Shown here in pieces: positions 1 through 11,900 of a stretch of 64,000 nucleotides of DNA (its first letter is position 1; the number at the start of each line of letters is the position of its first letter). Origin of the DNA: Anthoceros angustus (taxonomy: Eukaryota; Plantae; Anthocerotophyta); the NCBI GenBank assembly GCA_010909165.1, contig MU008167.1:1550001-1614000 (forward strand), read 5' to 3'. Below the pieces are notes generated by a model that did no database searches, was not told the DNA's origin, and was given only the letters and a program-made list of their open reading frames with translations. The position numbers were made by a program, and so were the translations under genes.

Positions 1-2471
1 TGCTGGAGAATTTTCGAGAATGTGAGTTGCTTTTCAAGGAGCAAAGTAATGCTGTGCTCAAGGTATCATGTTATTCTAACTAACGTTGCCTTCCAATGTG
101 CAGCGAAAATTTGTTGCTAGAGGCACTTGCTCGTTTTCAGGAAGAGTCGAAAGTAGCTTCTTATGCAAGGTAGGGTGCTTGGTTTGTACCAAGGACTGGT
201 TGTGATACTGTAGTCATTTGGACAGGTTAAAGTTATTCGATTTTCACGTTAGAGCATGTTTGCTGGTCTGATTGCCTGGATCTGTTTGTAGTCATGTTGA
301 AGCTTGTGAAATTCACTCAGATTGGAAGGTGCTATGGTTGCTATGGATCCTGAAGATGGTGCAGTGCGTGTACTAGTTGGTGGAAGAGATTACTATGAGA
401 GCAACTTCAACCGAGCAACACAGGTACCAGTTGGGATAAGGTTATTACCTCTAAGTCCGTGTGTGTCTCTCATTGGTTAACTGAATCCTTGTGTGGGAAT
501 TCCACTTACAGGCTCTCCGTCCGCCAGGGTCTACTTTCAAACCAGTTGTATACCTCACAGCCTTGGCAGAAGGCATGTAAGTAGATCTGCTGTTTTCAGG
601 AATACTTGCTTCTCGCCCTACGTCTGGAATTTGAAAGTATTGTGGGTTGGTGAGGCAGTGAACGCGACCATGTCTTATTGGACGAACCCTATACCATTGG
701 AGATTTTACGCCAGAGAATTATGACAGAAAGTTTAGGGGCCAGGTGAGACTGTATGATCTTCATCCAAGTCTTTATCTTCTAAAATCAAGGACTTGGAAT
801 GCAGGCTGGTGATTGCTGAAGAGTTGCAGGTTTTGTGTCTGTGCAGGTTACACTTGAAGAGTCACTGCTGAAGTCGCTGAACGTGCCAACAGTGAAACTG
901 TGTGCCGAGATTGGGGTTGACAAGGTATTGTAGGTCATCATCGAAAGCTCATAGCCTTCTGTGATTGTAAATGGCAAAGACATCTATCTGACATGTAGGT
1001 TGATCCAGGTATGCCGCATGGGCAGAGCTCTGGGCATTGAAACACCACTGCCATATGAGCTACCTCTCTCCCTTGGTGGGTGTGAGGTGAGCACAAGCTA
1101 AGGTCAATAGAGCTCAAAGCAATTGCACTGAGATCCATTGTATGTTTTATTAGCTACTACTTGGGAAGTAGAATGCCACGGGTGCTGAAGGTCTGAGAGT
1201 GGTTGGTGGCAGGTGACGCCATTACAGCTTGCAACAGTTTATTCGACTGTTGCTGCAGGAGGCATTCACCATAAACCGTATCTTATCACTCGTGTAGAGA
1301 CCAGTGATGGTCAGATTTTGGAAGAGGTGTGCAAGTTAGACCTTGGAGCTCAAATTGCTGTTGTGCTGTCCATAATGATTCCTTACATGTGGGCTGTTGT
1401 TTCTCCTCTGTCTCCAGCCACCGGCTATTGCAAATCGTCGTGCGGTTGTTGATGAGTATGCTGTTTCAGAACTCAGGAAGCTTTTGCAGGTAGCAGTGGC
1501 AGCATTTTGGACACCCAAGTAGTTTTCCTGGTTGTGCTCATGCACGTTTTTGATCAGTTGTTGGCCTCTCAAGGCTGTAGTTGAACGAGGAACCGGTCGA
1601 CGAGCAAGATTAGAACGTCCTTGTGCGGGTAAAACTGGCACATCTGATGGTCATCGAGATGTCTGGTTTGCAGGATTCACGCCAGAGTTATCTTGTGTGG
1701 TACGTGTTGGTCAGCCCACCCTTTTTAACTTCTTGATTCCACCTTGTGGTCTGCATTAGTTTGCAGCTGCTGAAATGCAAATACTCAGAGTACATCCATT
1801 CCTGCCAGGTTTGGTTTGGGTATGACGACAATGCACCAGTTGGTGGCATCCACCCAGGTGTGTTGACTCAACTCCCTTATAGCAAGGGCAGTTAGTTGTA
1901 CAGGCTGCTGATTGCTAACACTCTGTTTGAACTTGCAGGCACAGGGGCTTCGCACGCTGCTCCAATATGGCGGGAATTTATGCAAACTGTTCATGAGGTA
2001 AGAGAATATCTGCAGTGTATGTAAGCACACATGCAGAATAGCTTGCTGAATCTGAGCTGCACTTCAGGGCCTCCCTGTGCGGAAATTCAATGACATTGGC
2101 CGAGACAAGGATGGCAGTAGGGCTCTTGACGAATTTCAAAAGAAATCGCGAAGACCACACAAGATTGGCATCAAGGTGTTGCCCAGTACGATTCCTGCTG
2201 TAGTCAGAGTGCTTCAAAGTAAACTCGTTTCTTACTTTTTGGTTACTCTGGTCAGGAAATAAGGAGGTCATTTCAAAAGAACGAGGAGAGTCTGTCTTGG
2301 AAAGAAGTCTGGGACTGGGAGAAAGCTAGTTACATGTGGGAGGAGCGAGAGAAAATGGAGGAGTGGGCAGCCATTCGTGCTAAAAGAACGTCAGAGATAA
2401 GAGCCCTGAAGGCCCAATTGTATCGAACGCTGGCACGGCAAACCATGCGCATTGATGCACCGAAATCGTAG
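1..2471 (+). CDS. PBP: Class A penicillin-binding protein (PBP1A-like), 3' part with transpeptidase domain; spliced, 5' end outside window
   Basis: GT-AG exons splice to ...LEGAMVAMDPEDGAVRVLVGGRDYYESNFNRATQ/ALRPPGSTFKPVVYLTALAEG (SxxK at 530-541)/.../VTLEESLLKSLNVPTVK (SxN at 874-882)/VTPLQLATVYSTVAAGG/AVVERGTGRRARLERPCAGKTGTSDGHRDVWFAGFTPELSCV (KTG at 1631-1639)/VWFGYDD/GTGASHAAPIWREFM; stop TAG 2469-2471. Confidence 0.93.
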
Positions 2472-2785
2472 TTGCACATTGGATGCGGCAAAATGAGCCA
2501 AGTCTAAACCTCGGATGGTTGCTGTTGTGCATCGTTTGGTCGGGGTATGATGAGGATCAATCAAGCAAGAGTACGTTGTGTGGATGGCAACACTTTTGTT
2601 TCATGTCCATACTCACTTTAAGCCCTGTGCAGGTTTACTGTGCAGGAAGTGGCTCACCTCCCTCCCCTATCCTGTTGGGTGCATATTGACGTCAAGCAGC
2701 TGCTTGTTGAAAGGTACAGCGTTTGGAGGTTGGACTCCTTACTGCTCTTTGAATCTCCCAAGTGCTGGAATCCGAAGTTACTGTC

Positions 2786-3088
2786 TTTTGCCTTTATAAT
2801 CCCAGTCGTTCTTTTACTGTTCGCCTGATTCATCGGAGGCAGAAAGTAACCTGGAAGTTTCGCTGACACCATCCACTCTTGTCATGGATGTTCTCTGATA
2901 GTAGCTTCTCAGACATGTGATGCTCATCAATGATGGAAGCTAATGTCACATGTTTTTTGCCTTCATAATCCCAGTCGTTCTTTTACTGTCCGCCTGATTC
3001 ATGGGAGGCAGAAAGTAACCTGGAAGTTTCGCTGACACCATCCACTCTTGTCATGGATGTTCTCTGATAGTAGCTTCTCAGACATGTG
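2786..3088. repeat. Direct duplication of ~134 bp (2786-2919 and 2955-3088; period 169)
   Basis: Both copies read ttttgcctt(t/c)ataatcccagtcgttcttttactgt...gtagcttctcagacatgtg with few substitutions. Confidence 0.9.
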
Positions 3089-3622
3089 GTGCTGTTCTTT
3101 GTGTCGCAGTTTCCATGCTTTGCTTCCCTGAAGTCTTGTGTTTTTTCATCTTTCTTTGTTCAAAACAACTGTCTGGTTTATAGCAGTGCTGTGAAGTGTC
3201 CCACAAGGCATGATGAGCCAGCCACACTGCAGGCAGATAAGATTGATGACGAGATATCGTTTCAGATCCCAGGCTTTTGAGCTGATGGGCGTCCTGATTG
3301 TTGCTCGTCAACATCCTTGTTGTCTCTGAATTTCTGTCTGTTTTTATCTGGATTGTCAACATAGGATGCTGCTTGGAACTAACAAAAACAGAAAATCATT
3401 CCAACTTGACCCGGGTATCCATCCTTTGCAGATACCACAAGCGAGGAGCGTTCGCATTTGAACAGGTTGGTACATATTCCCATGGCGTTTATGCTAGCTC
3501 TATAAACCTAGTCAGTGTACCAAACTCAAGTATCCCCTAAACATCTGACTTTGCAATCTGGCAATTCAAGGCCCGCCACTTCTAGACCCCCCTTTCAGAG
3601 GAGAGAAACTTAGAAATGGAAA

Positions 3623-4520
3623 CTATTTTGCGCTTTCCAGATACTGCTTTCCTTTCAGTCCGTTCTTGAAGAACTAAGATGGTTTCCAAAAGTCATGCCT
3701 TTGTAAAGAGCAGGATGGGACTAATCCACCAGCTCCGAAGAAACCATGGTATTCACTGCAGAATTGTCAAACATGGCCACAGGCATGCGTTCATGCGCCG
3801 CAGGTGCTAGACCCTGTGGTTCGCGCTCTTAAACTCACTATTGCTCAAAATCTGCGCCCACAGTAAGAGCGGTTTCATATAAAGCCCTTGCATCTTGAAA
3901 GCATGGTTCCGGACATATCTTGAAAAGCATCAGGAGAGTAACTGAAGTTGGCTTCCCACGTTCACAACAAAGGCATTCGGTACGGGCTGCACACCACTCC
4001 ATTCCCAACCCGGGCACATCCCCTTGCAAAAGGTGACTGATCCCTCCAGGCTCGAAATGACAGCCAAGTCCCACGTCGGAAGGTGGGTAATAGTTGACAC
4101 GCGTGGACAGTACAGGACCACTCCCAAAGCTTTCCTCCAGCAAGTCATGCTCCAGATCCAGCTCCTGTGACAAAATGGACAGCAGCTTTCCAGCAAGCTT
4201 GCGAACCTCCCAAGCGTACTTCTCCAGCAATTCACTGCCATCATTGAAAACTTCCCGCTCAGACGATGCATCCCTGCAACAAGTGACGAGAAGCGTGCAT
4301 GCATGAAGTTACAATGTCCCAGACTGAAGTGCACTTAGCACCGATATTCTTCGTGGCGAGGAGGCCATCTTTCCACATCTCGTCGGTGTTCGGGGTGCAG
4401 CACCGAGTAGAAGAAGTCGTTGAATCCTCTGAAGGCATTCTTCGGCCATTTGGAACCTCTTGCTGGTGAGGCCTTGAGGACCGTGCGGTGTCCCGGCTCG
4501 AAATTCTGATATAGCCCACA
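3623..4520 (-). pseudogene. 2-oxoglutarate/Fe(II)-dependent dioxygenase (DOXC-type) pseudogene
   Basis: Fragments FNDFFYSVLHPEHRRDVERWPPRHEEYR / LLEKYAWEVRKLAGKLLSILSQELDL...RVNYYPP..GLGCHFEPGGISHLLQGDVPGL / WSGVQPVPNAFVVNVGSQLQ / ILSNSEFKSANHRV..ERMPVAMF..HPALYKGMTF..YLESAK*. Several frameshifts, in-frame stops and codon deletions; HxD replaced by HFE; no intact N-terminus seen. Confidence 0.85.
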
Positions 4521-5341
4521 CAGGTTTCGAGTTTCGACCACGTGACCTACGTTGCTAGCCCGACGCTCAACCAACTCAACAACTCCGATTCATACAACGT
4601 CTCAGGTCGAGACTTCGCGGCAGCCGAGATCACGAAACACAATCATAGACGTTTCAAGGCACAAACTTTGCTGGCATGAATTAGTAAAGCATGTCATTGT
4701 AGTTTGTGAGGTCGAATTTGTGACAGGATAGGGGAAGTCCTGCAAAGCACCAGCAGAAAAACAAAACTTCGCTGGTTTTCCTCATCCGAGACCTGGAGGG
4801 GAGACAACGACAACCGCCATGAACATGCATTCTGAAGCTATTCGGCGGCAATGACATTCAAGTCTGGAAACCGTGGCTGAAAAAAATCACGAACCGAATT
4901 GGGAGATGACTTACAGAAAAGAAAAGGTCTTGCGCCTCAAAGTCTCACACTTTACGAAACCGACATTCCCCAAATGCTGTCCGTGGCCTAATAGGCTGAG
5001 TGCGCGAACTACAGTATGTGCCTATGCACTTCTGTTCTGCTGTTTTTTGGTTTTTGGTGTTCTTTTGGACATTTGGATTACTAGCCGTCCACCTCGTTGC
5101 TTTTACCGGGACCAAGATCCTTTTTAGCGCTGCCGGTCATCAAAAGGGGGAGGCGACATTGTCTCGTTCGGTTTCGTTGTAGGCAGGATCAAGTCCGGTG
5201 GGTATCCCGTTCCAAGCTTGTCTCGTCTGCAGCGCATCGTCCGACGTTCCAGGTGGGAAGAATTTGGCATCGCGCGCGGAGCAATCGTCCCTCGAGACGC
5301 GAGCTTTGTGGACGTGTGGAGGAGTGCAAACAAAACGTCGC

Positions 5342-5348
5342 TTTATAA
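5342..5348 (+). promoter_or_regulatory. Putative TATA box of the CYP701 gene
   Basis: TTTATAA ~85 bp upstream of ATG 5431. Confidence 0.45.
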
Positions 5349-5430
5349 GGAAACAGGTGCGGCGTTCTCCATCGCAGCCGAGCTCTCGCTACTCGCCTAT
5401 GCACAGATTTGTGCACCTAGCTAGCTAGCC

Positions 5431-8400
5431 ATGGCTTCCTATTTGGTGAATTCGCTCAACCCGCACTACAAGAGAGGCGTGGAGCTGCTGCCTCCTTACC
5501 TTGCTGTGCATGCCAGAAATGCGGCTGGAGAAGTGCAGGACCTTTCAACCTCGTCGCTCCTCGTGGCCTTGCTTGTCGGATGGCTCATCTTCGCCGTCTT
5601 CAAGAGCGTGTTTGGAGGGGGAAAGAAGCGCAATTATCCCCCTCGTGAGTGTGAATTGCGGATCATGGAATGGCTCTGCTTTTCCTTCGTTAGAAGAGGA
5701 GGAGAGGAGAAGATTTCGACGGATTGTGATTTGTTTGTGGTCCAGGAGTGGGAATGGGAGTAGTGATTTGAGACTCTGGTTGATTCATTGCGCAGGTGTG
5801 CCTGGATTGCCTTTGCTTGGAAATTTGCTCCAAATGCAAGAGAAGAAGCCGCATAGGACTTTTACCAAATGGATCAAGACTTACGGCCCGATCTACTCTA
5901 TTCGCACTGGAACTGTGGATTACGTTGTTATCAGCTCGGGGGAGCTGGCCAAGGAGGTGAGCTTCTCCATCAAATTTGTTAGTACTACCTATACTGTACT
6001 GTACTGAGGAGAGTTTGGCATCGTTCGGCTCTGTTTTGCTGACGCATGAGATGTGGCGGCAGGCCATGGTGACCAAGTATGCGCAGATTTCTTCGAGACA
6101 AATGCCAGGCGCTCTGCAGATTTTGACAAAGGAGAAGACAATGGTTGCAATGTCTGATTATGGTGACCAGTACCGAACAATGAAGAAGAACATGGTTGGA
6201 TACCTCCTTGGGCCGGTGCCTCAGGTGCGCAATGATCGTTTCGAAGCCCTGTCCTGTCTGTTGTTTTAAATTCGTTGCAGTTACAGTTGTCAGGTTGGCT
6301 AAGCACTCGGAGTGTGTGGCGCTTCCTTCAGAAAGTGAATCGACCTCTCCGAGATAGGTGCGTGGACGGCATGATTGATGACCTCATGCGTCAAGTGTTG
6401 TCTCCGTCTGGCAAGTCTGCCAAGGTTGATGTCAGGGAGATTATCAAGCGGGGATTGTTCCCCTTCGCCTTGACACAGGTGAGGTTCATCGACTTCATTC
6501 GAATGGAGAGTCTCTCGCTTTTGCAGAAGCTGTCCGGTCCTGACACTCGTGTACGGGCTGATTGCAGGTTTTTGGTCGGAATCCTGACAGTGTCTACGTC
6601 CCTGAGTTGTCCAGAACTGTGGACAGATGGGAGTTGTATGAGAAACTTGTCATCGAACCTCTGAAAGCTGCGATCGATGTGGATTGGCGAGATTTCTTCC
6701 CTGTCTTGAAAAAGTACTTCTCTAACAAGCAGCTGATCGATGGAGTGAAGAGCGTTGATGCTACTAAGACTTTCATTGTCAGAGCGCTCATTGCAGAGCA
6801 AAGAAAGTTGCTATCACAGAAGACGGTGAGCGGACCGGTCCATCTATCCTGCAGAAGTTGATGTCTATATTGTGGCGCAAGGCATGTAATCTTGAGCAAC
6901 TGTTTAACAGAAGCACCCCGGATGTGCATGCATCAGGCTCCCGACTGCTTCTTGGATTCGGTCCTCACATACTCAACTTCCCTCACGAATGCTCAGCTTG
7001 AGCAGCTCACTTGGGAGCCCGTGATTGAGAGTTCCGACACCGTTCTTGTCACAACGGAGTGGGTCATGTTTGAGCTTGCCATTCACCCGCACATTCAGGT
7101 GAGAATGACGTGACTTGTTCTACCAACAGCTATGCGACATGACAGTATTGTGGTTCGAAGCCTAGGCATTGTGGTTGTCCTTACGCATGTACCAAGTGCC
7201 GTGCAGGAGAGGGTTTATCAGGAAATAAAAACCGTTGTGGGAGACAGGATGGTGACAGAGGAAGATCTTCCCAAACTGGTGTACCTCAATGCCTGCATCA
7301 AAGAAACCCTTCGGAAGTACCTCCAGTGCCCATCATTCCGTCCCGAACTGTGGAAGAAGACATTCAGCTTGGCGGCTATGACATCCCAAAGGGCTGGCAG
7401 GTACTGGGATATTATGACCTGATAATAATCGGCAAATTCTGTCTAGAGGACCTTAGCTATCGTCAAATTGATAAAACGTTCTCCCAATGACTTTTGCAGA
7501 TTATCTTGAACCTCTACGGCATCAGCAACGATCCGGAGCGATGGCCCGAGCCAGAGAAATGGGATCCGGAGAGGGTCCTCAATGATGAGAAGCTAGACAT
7601 GGGTTTCAAAGACTACAGGATGCTTCCTTTCGGTGCTGGCAAAAGAATGTGCGCCGGAGTGCAGCAAGCGATGTACCAAGTGCCCGCTTTCCTTGCCGCA
7701 TACATCCAACACTTTTCATGGGAGCTGGCTCCAGAGGAAGATCCCACCAAATTAGTGGAGGCGACCGCTTACCTGACCACCCACAAACTACACCTCTCCG
7801 AGATAGGTGCGTGGACGGCATGATTGATGACCTCATGCGTCAAGTGTTGTCTCCGTCTGGCAAGTCTGCCAAGGTTGATGTCAGGAGATTATCAAGCGGG
7901 ATTGTTCCCCTTCGCCTTGACACAGGTGAGGTTCATCGACTTCATTCGAATGGAGAGTCTCTCGCTTTGCAGAAGCTGTCCGGTCCTGACACTCGTGTAC
8001 GGGCTGATTGCAGGTTTTGGTCGGAATCCTGACAGTGTCTACGTCCCTGAGTTGTCCAGAACTGTGGACAGATGGGAGTTGTATGAGAAACTTGTCATCG
8101 AACCTCTGAAAGCTGCGATCGATGTGGATTGGCGAGATTTCTTCCCTGTCTTGAAAAAGTACTTCTCTAACAAGCAGCTGATCGATGGAGTGAAGAGCGT
8201 TGATGCTACTAAGACTTTCATTGTCAGAGCGCTCATTGCAGAGCAAAGAAAGTTGCTATCACAGAAGACGGTGAGCGGACCGGTCCATCTATCCTGCAGA
8301 AGTTGATGTCTATATTGTGGCGCAAGGCATGTAATCTTGAGCAACTGTTTAACAGAAGCACCCCGGATGTGCATGCATCAGGCTCCCGACTGCTTCTTGG

Positions 8401-9300
8401 ATTCGGTCCTCACATACTCAACTTCCCTCACGAATGCTCAGCTTGAGCAGCTCACTTGGGAGCCCGTGATTGAGAGTTCCGACACCGTTCTTGTCACAAC
8501 GGAGTGGGTCATGTTTGAGAGCTTGCCATTCACCCGCACATTCAGGTGAGAATGACGTGACTTGTTCTACCAACAGCTATGCGACATGACAGTATTGTGG
8601 TTCGAAGCCTAGGCATTGTGGTTGTCCTTACGCATGTACCAAGTGCCGTGCAGGAGAGGGTTTATCAGGAAATAAAAACCGTTGTGGGAGACAGGATGGT
8701 GACAGAGGAAGATCTTCCCAAACTGGTGTACCTCAATGCCTGCATCAAAGAAACCCTTCGGAAGTACCTCCAGTGCCCATCATTCCGTCCCGAACTGTGG
8801 AAGAAGACATTCAGCTTGGCGGCTATGACATCCCAAAGGGCTGGCAGGTACTGGGATATTATGACCTGATAATAATCGGCAAATTCTGTCTAGAGGACCT
8901 TAGCTATCGTCAAATTGATAAAACGTTCTCCCAATGACTTTTGCAGATTATCTTGAACCTCTACGGCATCAGCAACGATCCGGAGCGATGGCCAGAGAAA
9001 TGGGATCCGGAGAGGGTCCTCAATGATGAGAAGCTAGACATGGGTTTCAAAGACTACAGGATGCTTCCTTTCGGTGCTGGCAAAAGAATGTGCGCCGGAG
9101 TGCAGCAAGCGATGTACCAAGTGCCCGCTTTCCTTGCCGCATACATCCAACACTTTTCATGGGAGCTGGCTCCAGAGGAAGATCCCACCAAATTAGTGGA
9201 GGCGACCGCTTACCTGACCACCCACAAACTACACCCTCTCCGAGCCATAGCCACAGCCCGGCCTGGTATCACCAAGCGTCTGCCCAGGGCTCAGGCTTAG
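5431..9300 (+). CDS. CYP701: Cytochrome P450 CYP701 family (ent-kaurene oxidase-like); spliced, with one apparent -1 frameshift (~7321) and an internal tandem duplication
   Basis: N-terminal TM helix, VPGLPLLGNLLQMQEKKPHRTFTKW..YGPIYSIRTG, AMVTKY..SSR..ALQILTKEKTMVAMSDY, VDWRDFFP, I-helix WEPVIESSDTVLVTTEWVMFELA (CYP701-typical), ETLRK, WDPER, heme motif PFGAGKRMCAG; stop TAG at 9298-9300. Confidence 0.9.
6344..9244 (+). repeat. Tandem duplication of ~1.45 kb inside CYP701 (6344-7792 and 7793-9244)
   Basis: Exons and introns repeated nearly identically; the 10-mer CCTCTCCGAG occurs at 6344, at the junction 7793 and at 9235. Confidence 0.95.
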
Positions 9301-9673
9301 ACGTCGTGTGTATAACACCCTGTCTGCAGTAGTGTCAGGTTGTAATTATCAAAAGCTTTTTTTTCCATGGCTTGATGGAGCATGTTGTAAAGGTGAGAGG
9401 AAAATTCAAATTCTAGAGTGCAGGCCCAAACTAAGTTACCTGGTGATGCTGGTGCCATTGTGACTTGAAATATTGTACATGTGCTGGAGTGGGGACGCGA
9501 CGCAACGATTAGTACCAGCCTAGGACTCTTGACACCCGACAGATTATGAGTGACATGCCATGCCATCGAGAGAGAGTCTTTTAGCAATGCAACGAAGACG
9601 AGACGCGACAAGACAACACATACACAAACAGATTGGCATGAGTCAGGCTAACTTGGCCAGCACAATGATTATC

Positions 9674-10435
<762 letters not shown>

Positions 10436-10629
10436 TTATGAGAGCCGCCCCCGGGCAGCCCCAGCTGGCCGGTTGAGGCCTAACATCACCGGAGGTGGGG
10501 CCCGCCACCATACATAATGCCATGGTGAGCTTGTTTTGACATCTATCCTCTTTCTTGTTCTTCTTCCATACGCTTTTTTTCGAACGCCACCGGCTACCGG
10601 CTACCGGCCACCACAGAGGGGATGCAGGG

Positions 10630-11068
10630 CAGGGTGTCATTTTGACCGAGTACTATCTCAGTCCCCGGGACCGCCTAGCCTGGCTAGGCTCGGTCCCGGA
10701 CCGAGGAGGGACCGTGCCTTTTTGCGGCCCTTGGTCACTAAATATAATAAATATTAAATAAATAATTTATAACTAATAATATAAAAGACTGCAGACTGCG
10801 GAATCCGCAGACTACAGCCCAGCCGGCAAACTGCAGACTGTGTCCATGATAAGATGGGTCCATGTGTCCATAATAAATATAAATTTTTGGATATAAAATT
10901 AAGTAATTTATTAATTTTAAACCGAAACTTTTATGAATCTTCGGTCCCCGAGGGTAATAGGGGAATGAGGGTGGGGACCGGACTCCTGAAGAACCTCCGG
11001 TCCCATGTTTGTTTTAACACATGCCGGGACCAGGACCGAGCTTGGGACGGGGTCAAAATGACACCCTG
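10630..11068. mobile_element. hAT-type MITE (439 bp, non-autonomous)
   Basis: Perfect 18-bp TIR CAGGGTGTCATTTTGACC (10630-10647) / GGTCAAAATGACACCCTG (11051-11068); 8-bp TSD atgcaggg (10622-10629) / atgcagga (11069-11076), 7/8 match; subterminal GGGACC/GGTCCC motifs; AT-rich core. Confidence 0.88.
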
Positions 11069-11499
11069 ATGCAGGAGGGAGAAATGGGTCGATGCTTGAG
11101 GCAAATATGTAGTATGTAAGCTATCTGTGCTCGCGACCTGGGTATCTTTAGGCATGACTGATTAAGTTCTGTGGTACAATCCTCTTCCACTATCTAGGCG
11201 GCGTATTTTTTTAACACTTCAGTGCTTGTGGTACGATATAATGCTATTGTTGAGAAGCCTTGAAAAGTGCCTCGGGAATGTCCAAGGTAGAAGTAAAAAA
11301 TATTTGCTATTTATAGTTCTAATGAATTAGGCAAAGGGCTAATGCAAGTTTCTAACATATCAAACATATGTATTTGTAGTCTAAGGTTTCTACTGTTTTA
11401 GATGTAAAAAATATGTACTTGTAGTCTAAGGTTTCTATTGTTTTAGATGTCAATTAATGTAATTTATTTCTTCTTCAATTTCAACTGCAACAAACTTCC

Positions 11500-11900
11500 A
11501 CCCACTACCTATTGGTTGCAACAGACTTATGTACCAAGTGGGTTGAGGTTGCAACAGATTTACCTACCAATTGGGTCGAGGTATAGCGCTTCTAGTATTA
11601 TCATGGTTCATCACGAGGTCGTTACTCGCTTTGGATGCCCATATGAAGTCATTTCTATCATGGTTCATCACCAGGCCATTACTCGCTTTGGATGCCCATA
11701 TGAAGCCATTTCTAACTAGTGTCGTAAATTCATAAATGTTGTGGTGAAGAATGTTCTTTTTGAAGCATAGGGAGCTGACATACCTCCTTCCATCCGGTGA
11801 CAAACGGCAAAATTGAGAGCACGAATAAGACAGCCAAAACGAATTAATCCTAAACGCATTGTAACTAACCACCTATACGACGTCCTAGTTTTTGAGAGTC
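11500..11900 (+). mobile_element. Degenerate Ty3/Gypsy integrase remnant containing a 57-bp tandem duplication (11599-11712)
   Basis: Translates in pieces to ATDLCTKWVEVA, ITRFGCPYEAIS (twice) and ESTNKTAKRI, typical integrase-core segments; stops and frameshifts present. Confidence 0.65.

Noticed and set aside
1-2471. Bacterial contamination or recent HGT of a PBP gene
   Set aside because: The gene has many canonical spliceosomal introns and plant neighbours; plant PBPs are known.
2483-3540. Short ORFs between PBP and the 2ODD pseudogene
   Set aside because: No recognisable motifs in any frame; they overlap a local duplication.
3623-4520. Calling the 2ODD a gibberellin 20- or 3-oxidase
   Set aside because: Lacks GA20ox LPWKET and GA3ox-type motifs; the D-F-F..P..RD...WP segment looks like other DOXC clades, so it is left unassigned.
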